In this document: positions 33,301 to 43,930 of the stretch, in pieces
Position numbering within the stretch: the first letter of the stretch is position 1
How the letters are laid out: each line of letters opens with the position of its first letter
Assembly (NCBI GenBank): GCA_013416795.1
Contig: RQSC01001393.1
Span: 1-64,000, forward strand
Direction: 5' to 3'
Length of the DNA stretch: 64,000 bases
From: Prasinococcaceae sp. CCMP 1430
Lineage: Eukaryota > Plantae > Prasinodermophyta
Translations under genes and position numbers: made by a program
The notes under the pieces: model-generated
Database searches by the model: none
What the model saw: the letters and a program-made list of their open reading frames with translations, nothing else
What the model was told of the DNA's origin: nothing

Positions 33301-34034
33301 AGGCACGCGTGCACCAGAGCAGCGTGTGCTCCAAAGTCGATGTTCCGCGCTCGAGCCCACGCGCCGGCAACCTACTGCTCGGCCCGCTTGTTGTCTTCGA
33401 CGAACTGGAGCGCGGCGAGGCGACGCTCTTCGCACGCTACGTGTCGTGCGTGCAACCCGTGCCGCTGCTGCTAGTAGCATCGCGCCTGCAGGTGCGTGCC
33501 GAGTTCGACGAGGAAACCGGCGAGCCGCTGCGCGACGCGCAGACAGGCGAGCCGCTTGGATCGCTCAAGCTCGACGGGGCGCTCTCATTCCTGTGCCCGA
33601 TGCCCGTGGCGGAGCGCCTCGCTTGGCTCCGGCTGCGCCTGCAGCAGACATTCGAGGCCCGCGTGACGCGTCCGCGCGAGCCGCTGGATGCTATGCACGC
33701 CGCTGCCGTGCACTGCGCAGCGGTGGCGTTCGCCGGATCGCGCGTCGCTGCGGGGCTGGGCGTTGCGCACATGCAGCCTGGCGTGAGCTTGCACCCGGCA
33801 TTCGGTGGCCAATTCGCACGTGGATGCGGGGGAGGAGGCGCGGCCGGTGGTCGCTCCTATGGTAGTGGCGGTGGTCGTGGTCGCGGTCGCGGCGGCAGCG
33901 GCGGCGGCGGCGGGCGTGGATACAAGGGCGGTGGTGCACAAGGGCAGGGTCGCGGCGGCGGTCGCGGCCGCGGCGGCGGTCGCGGTGGCGGTGGTGGCAG
34001 GAGGAGTATGCCTCCCAACGGCGGACAACGGTGA
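30397..34034 (+). CDS. DExH/DEAH RNA helicase with R3H, ankyrin insert, HA2, OB and RGG tail (YTHDC2/plant DExH6-like, no YTH domain)
   Basis: R3H (FPPGLSNHDRAVVHAEC), GATGCGKTTQ, intron 31004-31113, TQPRRISA, DEVHER, MSAT, ankyrin-like GASALMVLCGKG/GFAAADWA, STNIAET, QREGRAGR, C-terminal RGG. Confidence 0.93.
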
Positions 34035-34194
34035 GGTTGGGATGGCGTTGCGCTGCAGTAAGAAAAATCCACCGTATATAATCTTTGTCGCATTACTCTG
34101 CGGCCGCGCGCAGACACGGCGGCGGGGCGCACTCTCTGCCTGTGCTATGCATGCGCAAAACGGCATCCGCACTCCCCTCGCGGGAGGGCCGTCG

Positions 34195-35337
34195 TCAGCC
34201 GCGGTGCTGCAGGGTATGATGGCGCTTGTCCCATGGATCACCAGCAGGGCTGTCTATAGTGTGGACGTCGGCCTCGGCGGGTGCGCCTTCCTCCATCGCG
34301 TCGACAGGTTCGCGCTGGTGCAGCACGTTTTGCATCGGCACGAAGCCCATGCCAGTCGTGAGCGCCGCAGTGATGGCGAACGTTGCGAGGGCGAATATGT
34401 GGACGACCAGCAGCCAGAACGCAAACACCGGGGGCAGCGCCATGGCTGTCACATGGTTGTCGCGCCATCTCGCTCCCGCGATGTCGTTGTCGAAGAGGAT
34501 GAACGCCGCCTGCAGGAACCAGCACCCCTGGAGAAGGACTGCTGCGTGGCGACACATGGATGCAAGCGGCGAAGCGGCACTGCTCTCGGGCGTGGCCCAC
34601 AACTCGAAGACGCCACCCGCTACGCAAAGCGCGACGGCCAGCACTAGAATCTCGTGCGTGAGAATCTCCACGGCACTTCCCTTGAGATGGAAGGCGAACA
34701 AGACGCCCTCCGCAAAAAATGCGAGGGCGGTCGCGCCGGCACACGCGCCGGGGGGGACGACGCGTTTCCCACTGCTGAGCAACGCATCTTCCAGGAGCTC
34801 CAGCACACCTGCCAGGGCGAACGCCGCGTACATCAACGCATGCTGCCAGTTGTTGAGGTTCTCAGAGTTGATGTTGCTCTCCGAGTCGAGCATACTGTGC
34901 CAGTGCCCCGTGTTGATGTACAGTTCTCCCAGGATGCCCACCGTCGGCAGAACGACCTTGAGGATGGGCTCGATCCTGCTTGCGAGGTAGAGCTGCCACG
35001 TGCGCGCCGAGGAGGGCGCGGAGCCCGCGAACCCGCACAATCGAGATGCGGGGAGCGCATGCCACGTGCGCCCTCTCGCGTGGAGTTCGTCGTCAGCGAG
35101 AGTGTTGGCGCTCAGGCCGTGCCGCCCCCCGGCCTGCCTGCCAGCCAGCAGCGCGTGCCTGCGCGCGCTCATCAGCAAACCCCACGCGCCCCACGCGACG
35201 AACATGACGCCCGGAAGCACGTGGCCCTGGAAGCTGCCGTGCTGGGACATGTACGCCATCTCAGTGGCGCCGCCGGCCTGCGCGGACGCCCCCGCCAGCC
35301 TGGCCCGCATTGAAAAGCCCCCCGCCATGCCCTCCAT
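34195..35337 (-). CDS. TMEM45/DUF716 family membrane protein
   Basis: GSFQGHVLPGVMF, NWQHALMY, LFAFH...HEIL, LLQGCWFLQAAF. The start Met is ambiguous (35337 or 35259). Confidence 0.85.
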   Translation of the reverse strand: MEGMAGGFSMRARLAGASAQAGGATEMAYMSQHGSFQGHVLPGVMFVAWGAWGLLMSARRHALLAGRQAGGRHGLSANTLADDELHARGRTWHALPASRLCGFAGSAPSSARTWQLYLASRIEPILKVVLPTVGILGELYINTGHWHSMLDSESNINSENLNNWQHALMYAAFALAGVLELLEDALLSSGKRVVPPGACAGATALAFFAEGVLFAFHLKGSAVEILTHEILVLAVALCVAGGVFELWATPESSAASPLASMCRHAAVLLQGCWFLQAAFILFDNDIAGARWRDNHVTAMALPPVFAFWLLVVHIFALATFAITAALTTGMGFVPMQNVLHQREPVDAMEEGAPAEADVHTIDSPAGDPWDKRHHTLQHRG

Positions 35338-35948
35338 GTCCTTCACTGCGCTGCACGGCCTTGCCACCCGCCACCCTCGGCAGCGCTCCGGCGCGCGCGC
35401 GCGTGGCAGCTCGCGCCTCCTCCGCGCGCCTCGTGCGCCCCCGGGGCGTTGGGTCGAGGGTGGGGAGGCTCAACACCCGCGCGCGGCAGCAGCGTCGCGC
35501 GGCCGTCCGCGGGAGGCCCCTCGCCGCGTCTCCCCCCGCTCCCCCCTTTCGCCCCCAATCCCTACTCTTGCACCAGCCGAGCCCTCACACCTCCGCCCCT
35601 CCCCCAGCGCCACGGGCGCGCCCACGGGGCCCGTGCGGCACGCGCGCCGCTGTCAAACGGACGACAGCGCGCGCGCGCGCGAGCGAGCGCGTGCCCTTCG
35701 CGAGCGAATGGCGGGGCGCGCGCCGAGTGCAGGGATGAACGTGGGTGCAAGTGCACGTCCCGGCCGGAAGGGACTGCTGGCAGCCGCCCAGCCATCGGAA
35801 CGGGCCACGGGCCGCGCGGCGGCAGCGGAAGCGCGCTCGCTGGGGCCGGTGCGCGCGCCCGCGCGCCCTGGCGGGGGTGTGGCGGCCGAGCGAGCGCGCG
35901 GTGCCACATCGCCTCCTCCGCGCTCACACCACACACCTTGCGGTCACG

Positions 35949-36560
35949 ATGGTCTCCCTCAGGCTCCGCTCGTCGTGGGCGCATGCCTTGGTACTCCTGC
36001 TCGCGACTGCGAGCGCGCTCGGGTCCGTCGACGCGACGAGGAGAAGGCCGACGGACTCTCCCACGCGCCGCCCGACGCCCTCACCCACCAAGTCGCCCAC
36101 CAAGTCGCCGACGCGCCGCCCGACCCCGTCGCCCACCAAGTCGCCCACGGCCTTCCCGACCATCCCCATCGTGACAGAGTCCCCGACCAAGTCGCCGACG
36201 CGCCGCCCGACGCCCTCGCCGACCAAGTCGCCGACCAAGTCGCCGACGAGGCGCCCTACGCCCTCGCCCACCAAGTCGCCGACCAAGTCGCCGACGCGCC
36301 GCCCGACCCCGTCGCCCACCAAGTCGCCCACGGCCTTCCCGACCATCCCCATCGTGACAGAGTCCCCGACCAAGTCGCCGACGCGCCGCCCGACGCCCTC
36401 GCCGACCAAGTCGCCGACCAAGTCGCCGACGAGGCGCCCTACGCCCTCGCCCACCAAGTCGCCGACCAAGTCGCCGACGCGTCGCCCGACGCCGTCTCCT
36501 ACTCGCAGGATGCGCCCGACACGCACGCCTATCAAGCGCCCCCGCCTCCTCCTGGCCTAG
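35949..36560 (+). CDS. Secreted Pro/Thr/Ser-rich repeat protein (SPTKSPT/TRRPT repeats)
   Basis: Signal peptide MVSLRLRSSWAHALVLLLATASALG, then almost pure PT repeats. TGTAA 30 nt after the stop. Confidence 0.75.
   Translation: MVSLRLRSSWAHALVLLLATASALGSVDATRRRPTDSPTRRPTPSPTKSPTKSPTRRPTPSPTKSPTAFPTIPIVTESPTKSPTRRPTPSPTKSPTKSPTRRPTPSPTKSPTKSPTRRPTPSPTKSPTAFPTIPIVTESPTKSPTRRPTPSPTKSPTKSPTRRPTPSPTKSPTKSPTRRPTPSPTRRMRPTRTPIKRPRLLLA
36101..36480 (+). repeat. 183-bp (61-aa) tandem duplication inside the PT-repeat gene
   Basis: Units start at 36101 and 36284, with a partial unit at 36467. The marker AFPTIPIVTE recurs 183 nt apart. Confidence 0.9.
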
Positions 36561-36627
36561 GATTTCGTCGTGGTACTGATCACTTAAAGTGTAAAGACAA
36601 GCGAGATGCCTTACCACTGAGCACGCA

Positions 36628-37497
36628 CTACGCGAGCATGTCTTGATTCAAAACGTCAACGTCGGCCGCATGGGACGCGAAGAAGCATGAGTCTCGAACG
36701 TCCATCTCGCTTTTGTCGCCGTACACCACGCCGTTTCCCTCGTGCCAAATGGGCTCGTAGCCAGCAGACCCAGCCACGTCTTGCATCACGGGAACGTGTG
36801 GCGCCTGGTCGTCTTGGGCGTCGTGGGCGCCATGCGCGCCCGCGCCGACGTCATCGCCTGCTCTTGCATCGCATTCGCCCGCGCAAGCCTCATTCTCGAG
36901 CGCTCGTGCTTGCGCTTCGAGACGGCGCACTGCCGCCTCGCTGTCGATCGCGTCCAACAGGCACGCGTACGCCTGCGCACATACGCGCACGCGCGTGTCC
37001 GGCACCGGCGCTAGAGCGACAAGTTCTGCCGGCGCGTCCTCGTCGTCGACCATTGGCTGCAGCCCGCCTGCATCTGCCCTATCGCCTTCGGTTGCTACCG
37101 CTTGATCGCGCGTGCACGTCACCTCAAGGTCGAGTGCGCCGAGCGCGTGCGCGCGCAGCATTCCTGTCGCTCGCACGGTGAGTGTCCCGACACGCCAGAC
37201 TATACGCACGCCGGCGTCAACGGTGCCGGTCACGGCCTCTGCTCCGACCAGTACGACCTCAGCGCCGGCATCGGCAGCACCGGCGGCGCCTGCGGTGCCA
37301 TCTCTTCTATCATCCAGTGCGAAGGCCGCCTGAGTGAGCCCGGGGATGTACGGCGGGTCGGCCGCAGCAGCGGCGGCAGCGCGCTCGTGCTGGCGCCCGC
37401 CGGTGTGCTCGCCGCTGCCGCTACCATTGCCGTCGCTTCCGCCGCCGTCGCCACGAGCGATGCGATGCGCGAGCACTTGTGTCACCGACGCGGTCAT
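36628..37497 (-). CDS. Hypothetical acidic protein
   Basis: Protein-like ORF (PPYIPGLTQAAF, YEPIWHEGNGVVYGDKSEMD) head-to-head with the SET gene. No family recognised. Confidence 0.5.
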   Translation of the reverse strand: MTASVTQVLAHRIARGDGGGSDGNGSGSGEHTGGRQHERAAAAAAADPPYIPGLTQAAFALDDRRDGTAGAAGAADAGAEVVLVGAEAVTGTVDAGVRIVWRVGTLTVRATGMLRAHALGALDLEVTCTRDQAVATEGDRADAGGLQPMVDDEDAPAELVALAPVPDTRVRVCAQAYACLLDAIDSEAAVRRLEAQARALENEACAGECDARAGDDVGAGAHGAHDAQDDQAPHVPVMQDVAGSAGYEPIWHEGNGVVYGDKSEMDVRDSCFFASHAADVDVLNQDMLA

Positions 37498-37626
37498 GGC
37501 TTGCGCGCAAGGGGTGGGGTGGGGTGGAGGTGGGGGTGAGGGGCACCTGCCCGCGCGCCGGCAGCCGTATGACGCCCCAACGTCCGCGCACGCGCCACAG
37601 CACGCTTGCTGGGCGCACGCGCCCGG

Positions 37627-38979
37627 ATGGGCCGGGGCGGGTGCGAGCCGGCCTCGAGCGAAGCGGGCTCGCGCCTCGAGGCCGCGCACGCGTGGCTTGC
37701 GGCGCGAGGCGCGCGCGTCGGGGGTGTGGCGCTACGCGTTGGGCAGGGTGCATGTGGGTGCGGTGCTGGCGTGTATGCGACCACCGCCGCTAAGGAAGGC
37801 ACAGTTGTTGCATCGTTTCCGCTGGGGCTGGCACGCGCGGGCGAGGCGCTGGTGCCCGAGGGGCACGAGTGCGACGTGTCGAGCGGCGTCGTGCTGGCGG
37901 CGTGGCTTGCGGCGCACCGCCGCCTTGGATCCGCATCGCCGTTCGCGCCGTGGCTCGCCGCGCTGCCGGCGGAGGGTGGGGCGCTTGCGTGCTGGGAGGC
38001 GCGCGCAGCCGACGCCGCACTGCACGGCACGCCGCTCAGACGCGCCGCACTCATGCAACGAGGCGCGTTGGACGCCGAGCTCACGAGCGCGCGGCCACTC
38101 TTCGAGGCGCTGCTCGACTCTGCGGGCGCTGGCGCGGACACGCCGCGCTGTGAGCTCGCGCACGATGAGTACCTGCATGCCCGCTGCATGGTCTGGTCGC
38201 GCTCCGTCGGGCTCCCTGCCGGTGAGGGAGGCGAGGTCGAGGCCGTTCTGCCCGGCATGGATTTCTGTAACCACGCCGGTGCGGAGGCGAACGCGCGCTG
38301 GGAGATGCTGCTCGGTGGCTCCTCGGAGGAAGCAGAGCTCGGAGGCGGCGAGGCCGTGGAGGACGGCGGTGGCGACAGAGGTGGCGACGACGACCCAGCG
38401 GCGCCGCGGTACGCGCTGATTGCCACACGGCCGATCGCCGAGGGCGACGAGGTCACCATCAGCTACGGCGTCGTAGCAGACAAGACCAACGAGGCGTTGC
38501 TCTTCTCGTATGGCTTCGTTGAGGACGATCCCGCCCGCGACGCGCTCACGCTGACGCTGCCCGTTCGCGGCAGGGAGCACATGGCGGCGCTGGCCCAGTT
38601 CGGCCTGCTGCCGCGCGTCTTGCTGCGGCGACCTCGCTGCGTCTCGACGCGGTCGGACGAGGGCGACGGCCTCGACAAGTTGCTCTCTGAAGCCGAGCTC
38701 GCTGCTGCGTGCATCGTCGCTGCGACGCCGGAGCGAGCACTTGCGCTGGCGGCCGGCGAGAGCACGCTCGAGGCCCGCGACCGCGAAGCTGCGAGGGAGC
38801 TGATTCAGACGACGGTGGGGTGCGCGCTTGACGGCGCCGAGGGCGGAGCAGACGGCGACAACAACGCGGAGACGATGGCTGCACTCCCGCCCGGCGCCAT
38901 CGAGGCGGCGGCGCGCTACCGCGAGGGTGTCGCGGCGGTGGCGCGGGAGGTACTCGAAGCGCTGGAGTTGTCTGGGTAA
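37627..38979 (+). CDS. SET-domain lysine methyltransferase, Rubisco LSMT/SETD3-like
   Basis: SPFAPWLAALP, MVWSRS, LPGMDFCNH, EVTISYG, NEALLFSYGFV. Confidence 0.88.
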   Translation: MGRGGCEPASSEAGSRLEAAHAWLAARGARVGGVALRVGQGACGCGAGVYATTAAKEGTVVASFPLGLARAGEALVPEGHECDVSSGVVLAAWLAAHRRLGSASPFAPWLAALPAEGGALACWEARAADAALHGTPLRRAALMQRGALDAELTSARPLFEALLDSAGAGADTPRCELAHDEYLHARCMVWSRSVGLPAGEGGEVEAVLPGMDFCNHAGAEANARWEMLLGGSSEEAELGGGEAVEDGGGDRGGDDDPAAPRYALIATRPIAEGDEVTISYGVVADKTNEALLFSYGFVEDDPARDALTLTLPVRGREHMAALAQFGLLPRVLLRRPRCVSTRSDEGDGLDKLLSEAELAAACIVAATPERALALAAGESTLEARDREAARELIQTTVGCALDGAEGGADGDNNAETMAALPPGAIEAAARYREGVAAVAREVLEALELSG

Positions 38980-39041
38980 TACATAATATTATGAGGCCAT
39001 ATCACCCCCCGCCACCCCGCTCACTATGACATCGAGCCGTC

Positions 39042-41279
39042 TCAGCTCAGCTTTACCCAGAGCGTCTTCAGGTATATGGGCTGACCGCCTGCTGTGAAGT
39101 CGGGTGGCTGCGCCACGTAGCAGCGCTCGAGCACGTCCCGCCCGCACATGCGCGCCGCCTGGTCGATCATGGCCTCGAAGTCGCGCGGGTCGAGGCGCGC
39201 GCAGTTGGTCGAGCACAGGAGCACGCCGCCGGGCGCCACCACAGACATGGCGTCGTGCGCTAGGCGGGCATAGTTGCGCGCTGCCGAAAATGTGGTCACC
39301 TTGCGCTTCTTGGAGCGGGAGCGGGAAAAGGTTGGAGGGTCAACCGCGACAGCGTCGAAGAGGCGTCCCTGGGCCGGCGATTGGTTTTGAGTGCGGAGCC
39401 ATCGAGGAGCGCGATCGCGTCAGTGCACGCAGCAGGGGTGGCAGCATGCGTGGTTGAGCGAGCGAGGCGCGCTCACTGCACGCACCTTGCGCTGCAGGTA
39501 GCCCAGCCACTCGAAGGCATCGCCGAAGATGAAGTCGTGCTCGTCGGGGTCTACGCCGTTTGCGCGGAAGTTGTCCTTACCCCACTCGAGGTACTTTTTC
39601 GAGAGGTCCACGCTGGTAGTGCGTGGGGCGCGAGGCCCCAGCGCTGCGCACACCGAGAAGGCGCACGTATACGCAAACAGGTTCAAGAACTCCGGCCGGG
39701 CGCCCGGCCGCACGCTGTCGAAGAGCATGCTCGATTCGAAGACACGACCCTGGAGCAGCTTGCGGCGGTTGTCCCGCTGGTCAAGAAATATGCCAACGCT
39801 GTAGCCTTCACCCATGGAGCACAGGAACGTGACCCCGTTTTCGCGCACGGCAAAGCGATCGACCTGCGCGCCGGCGTCCCCACGGCGGTCCTCATCTGCA
39901 TCCTCGCCCTCGCCGCCGCTCGCGCCGTCAACTTCACCGCGGTCGCCGGGAGGCACTGCGAAAGGCCTCGGCGGCGAGCCGGCTACGAGCTCAGGGCTGT
40001 TGCCATCGTTACCAACGTATGCAAGCAGCGACTTTAGATACGCCGACGTGATCGGCGTGCCGCCCTCGCCGAGCGGTCGCTTGCCGAGCCACGAGCCCGC
40101 TCGCCCGGCGTCGCTGGCGGCGTTCTCGCTATCCGACTGCAGAAGCAACGCGCCACCGAGCAGGTCTGCGCTGTGGTTCACCGCGCCACCGTCGCCGCGC
40201 CAAACGCGCACGCAGTCGGTGTCGTCTGGCCACACCGTCGCGCGCGCGGCGGCGAGCGTCGCCGCAGATGGAGGTGCGTCAGCGCCATCTTCGCCCACCT
40301 CCAGCAGCACCGGCTCGCCCGTCTCCGGGTGCAAGAACTCCGTCTTTGACACGCGCGTGTGCGCGTCCCCAACGCGGTATTCACGCGGCCGCTTCTCGCT
40401 GAGGCGCTCCGCTGCAAGCCTCGTTTTTGCCAGCACCATAAGCCCGCTATCCTCCCAGCGCAGCTTCCAGGGCGCTCGCAGCGCGCCCCACTGTTCGGGC
40501 TCGCGCTGGCGCAGCCACTCCAGCACGCCTGCCCCCGCGTTGCGCGCGTCCGCCACCGATGCCGCCCAGCCCGCGGGCTTGTCAACTGCCAGCACGTGCG
40601 CGTCCTCGTGCACGACCATCGGGCAGCCGTAACGCAGGCCGTCGCGGCGCGGCCCGGGTGCAGGCGCGGTGTCTTCAATCGATGCAGGCGCGACATAGCT
40701 GCCAGGCGGTGCGGCGGTGTACTCGAGCAGCTCGTCAGGGCCGCTCGCATCCTCAAACGCGCGCTTCTGCTCGCGCCCGCCACGGCTGTCATCACGCTCC
40801 CAACCACCGCGCCCGCGCCCTCGCGCGAGCGATTCCACCGCAGAGGCCCCGCGTCCCCGGCCGCTGCCTCTCCCGCGGCCGCGGCCGCGGCCGCTGCCAC
40901 CCCGCCCCCTGCCTGGCCGAGAGCGGCCGACCACCACCGGCGGCAGCTGCCGCGGCGCCGCGCGCGCCGCAGCCATGGCTGGCAGCGCCTCCCGCTTGCG
41001 CGCGCGGGGGGATCGCGCGCGTGTGGCGCCCTTGCTGTCTCCACACCCCACACCCCACACCCCACACCGCCACCACCACCACTCACACACACACGCACAC
41101 GCACCCCACCCCACCCCTCGCGACGCGCTCGCTCCCATAACCCTCTCCCGCTGCACGCCTTGCCACGTGGAAGTTACGGGTACAACAGAGGTGGCTCGAT
41201 TATGGGTGAAGGTAAATAGGGTTCGCAGTCTTCCTCTTGCGCGGGGCGCGGCGAGGAGCAGCAGCGCGGCCTTACCCAT
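39042..41279 (-). CDS. Fusion of a degenerate RluA-like pseudouridine synthase domain and an RlmI/RlmK-like SAM-dependent rRNA methyltransferase
   Basis: VVHEDAHVLAVDKPAG...WKLRWEDSGLMVLAKT...FLHPETGEP, then VRENG...GIFLDQRDNR, LNLFAYTCAFSV, SVDLSKKYLEW, DPPTFS. Intron 39485-39369. The start is uncertain (41279 or 40976). Confidence 0.85.
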
Positions 41280-41446
41280 ATGCGCGTGCGTTCGAGGAGG
41301 GGGAGGGGGGAGGGGGCTAGCGTGGGCAGAGCTCGCGGGCGTTGCGCCCCCACCCCACCCCCCCTAACACCCGCCGCCCTCCCTCTCCCTCTGCGCTCGT
41401 GTCGCGGATCTCGCCTTGTTCCGTGTCGCCTGGCGTGCGCGGCGGA

Positions 41447-42315
41447 ATGGCGGGCAGTGCGGCCTTGCGCGGCGGCGGCGCCGCCGCGCGCTGCGGCGCC
41501 GCGCGCATGCGGCGCGCGGCGCCGCGGCGGGCGCGGGCGGTGGGGACTCCGCGGCGGACGCGGGGAAGGCTGCCGCCGAGGCGGTGGAAAGTGCTATCGG
41601 CGTGGAGAAGGTGGACGCGCCTGCGCCCAGCGCGACCTACCGCGACGTTGAGGAGCTCGACCTCGCCTACTGCGGGAAGTACGCGGCAGCCACGGCTTTC
41701 CAGGTCGGCGCGCTGTGCCTGGCGCTGGGTGCGATCGACGCGGTCACCCCGGCGCTCGCTTCCGCGACGCCGCTGGGTGGCGCGCTGCCCAAGGGTATGC
41801 TGTGGGTGTTCCTCGCATTCATCTCCGTGAAGAGCAGGGTGTTCAGCCCTCTCGACGCGCGCCGCACGCGGAGGACATTTGACACGGTGAAGAGACCGAG
41901 CTGGGCACCGCCGGGGATCGCGTTCCCGATCATTTGGTCCACAATCGCTTTGCTGCGCGCCACCTCTGGCACGATGGTGTGGGAGGCACTCGGACGGACC
42001 GCGCTGGCGGCGCCGCTCGTGGCTTTTGTGGTGCACCTCGCTATCGGCGACCTCTGGAACGCCATGTTCACGACGGAGCGGCGGCTCGGCGCGGGCGTGG
42101 TGGGCGTGCTCATGGTGTGGCTCAGCGTCATGACGGTCGGCAGCATCTACTACGGCGTTGCACCGGCTGCGGCGTACGTCTTCGCGCCGAGCATGGCGTG
42201 GATTAGCGTGGCGACTTGTCTCGTGACGAACATCTGGTACATCAACGGGAAGGAGCCGCTGTACCCGATGAAGAGAGTGGACATCGACACTGCCGAGGCA
42301 GGCGTGAAGGCGTGA
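41447..42315 (+). CDS. TSPO: TspO/MBR family protein with a plastid-type presequence; frame discontinuity near 41540
   Basis: KRPSWAPPGIAFPIIWSTI, LAIGDLWNAMF, APSMAWISVATCLVTNIW. The ATG-led transit peptide is in a different frame from the mature part. Confidence 0.85.
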
Positions 42316-42769
42316 TGTGCGGAGGGGCGCTGCACCTGTTTCCCGCACATCGGCAGAGCAGTACCATCGTAAGAATTCTGTGATTTCTACATCTACTGCA
42401 CATCTTTTCCCCCTGCCTACCTACTGTACCTGCCCCTTTCCTCCCGCGAGCGAGTCTTCACTCGTGCTTCACTGTGCGAGGCCACGCGAGTAGCGCGCAC
42501 GCCTAGCCTTGATGGACTCGACGACCTCCGGCGCGCCAGAGATGTAGGCGTCGAGGCCCGCCCCACACGCACCACCGTGCGCGTTGCAGAGCGCCGCCAG
42601 TGCGGCTGGCAGCGGCGGCGGTGGCGTGGGCTTCGCGAGCGCGGGAGGGCTGAGGGGCACCGGCATCCCGCCTGTCGTGGGGTCAGCGCCCCAACGTGCA
42701 CCCGGGCCCACCTAGCAGAGAGCGCATGATGCACTCATGCGCGCGAATTGCCGCCTCCCCCCTCCCCAC

Positions 42770-43733
42770 TCACCAGCACGCACCTTGTGTTGCATAGAAT
42801 TGCACCCTGGCGATGTTGCGACAGGCCTTCAGACCACCGACCTCCTCGGGGGCGCCCATGGCCGCGAGGGGCGTCCTGTGCAGCGCACTGGCATCCTCAA
42901 AGACGACCATCTGCTCCAGAGCACCGTCGACAGCCACAAAGTTGCGCGCGCACGCGCCACGGGCGAGCGCAGCCGCGTCCTCGCTCAATTCAAGCTCGTA
43001 CAGGTCATCGTCGTCGTTGTCACACGTCTGCGCCTCGGGCGGCAGGGGAAGCACGACCTCCAGGTACTCCATTTCGCCGGCGACGTCCGCCCGCACGCGC
43101 TCGTACTGCTCCAGCCGCGAGCCGCCCACACCTGCCGCCCCGGCGCGCGTGCAGCCAAGCAGCATGTGGCCGAGCAGGGTGCCTGGCGCGTGTCCGTCCC
43201 TGTGCCCTGTATCGAGCGAGCGCGCGCGTGCCACAGGATGTCAGCTCATATCGCGCGCGCTCGCGGCTTTGCATGCGGGCGCTCACCGACGTACAGCCGA
43301 TGTTGGCGCCCGCCCCCGCCGGCGAGAAGAGCTCGAACTCGCCACGAATGCGCACCGGCGCGCCCGTGGCCTCGGCGGCATCTGCAAAGAGCGGCACCAG
43401 GTGCTGGCGCAGGAAGTCCAGCACGAGCTCCCCCGCAGAACCACTTGGACCGGCGGCCGACAACGAGTCTCTAGGCGCCGACGCGTCGGCCTCACCCACG
43501 GCCTCGTGTGCGTGCGCGTGCAGCTCGAAGCCGAAGCAGCCGTGCGCTCGCAGCCTCTCAACCGCCGCGGCCATTCGATCGCGCCAGCCACCGCAACGCG
43601 CACGCACGCTCACGACCGGTGCAGGCGCGCTCTCGTCTTTGCCACCGCACTCGTCCCCGCACATGCGTGCTCGCACGGCGTCCACGCGCGCGCCGCGGAC
43701 GCTGGCGCCGGAGAAGACCAAATCCGCGTACAT
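42770..43733 (-). CDS. Putative 2OG-Fe(II) dioxygenase
   Basis: Intron 43294-43207 (GTACGT...TACAG) joins ANIG-T to GG-CAC, giving IGWHRDG. Distal ALHRTP and RNIARVQF follow. The 3' end is possibly spliced further. Confidence 0.65.
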
Positions 43734-43930
43734 CCCAGGCAGAGGGCGTCGCTGCGCTCTCGCCACGCGGCTCTGCGATCACGATGCCGCCCGGCCGCCC
43801 AGAGGCCGGCGCGCTGCGGCGCGGTCCCTGTGGCGCGCCGCCGGCGGTCGCAGCACTTGATGCGCTGGGCGGGGGGATCCAGGGTGCCACACACGCACGG
43901 CCGCGCGCCCGCTGCCGCCAGGGCGCAGCG

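Noticed and set aside
35924-36535. Antisense ORF with VGDLVG repeats
   Set aside because: It is the reverse complement of the PT-repeat gene, which has the signal peptide and poly(A) signal
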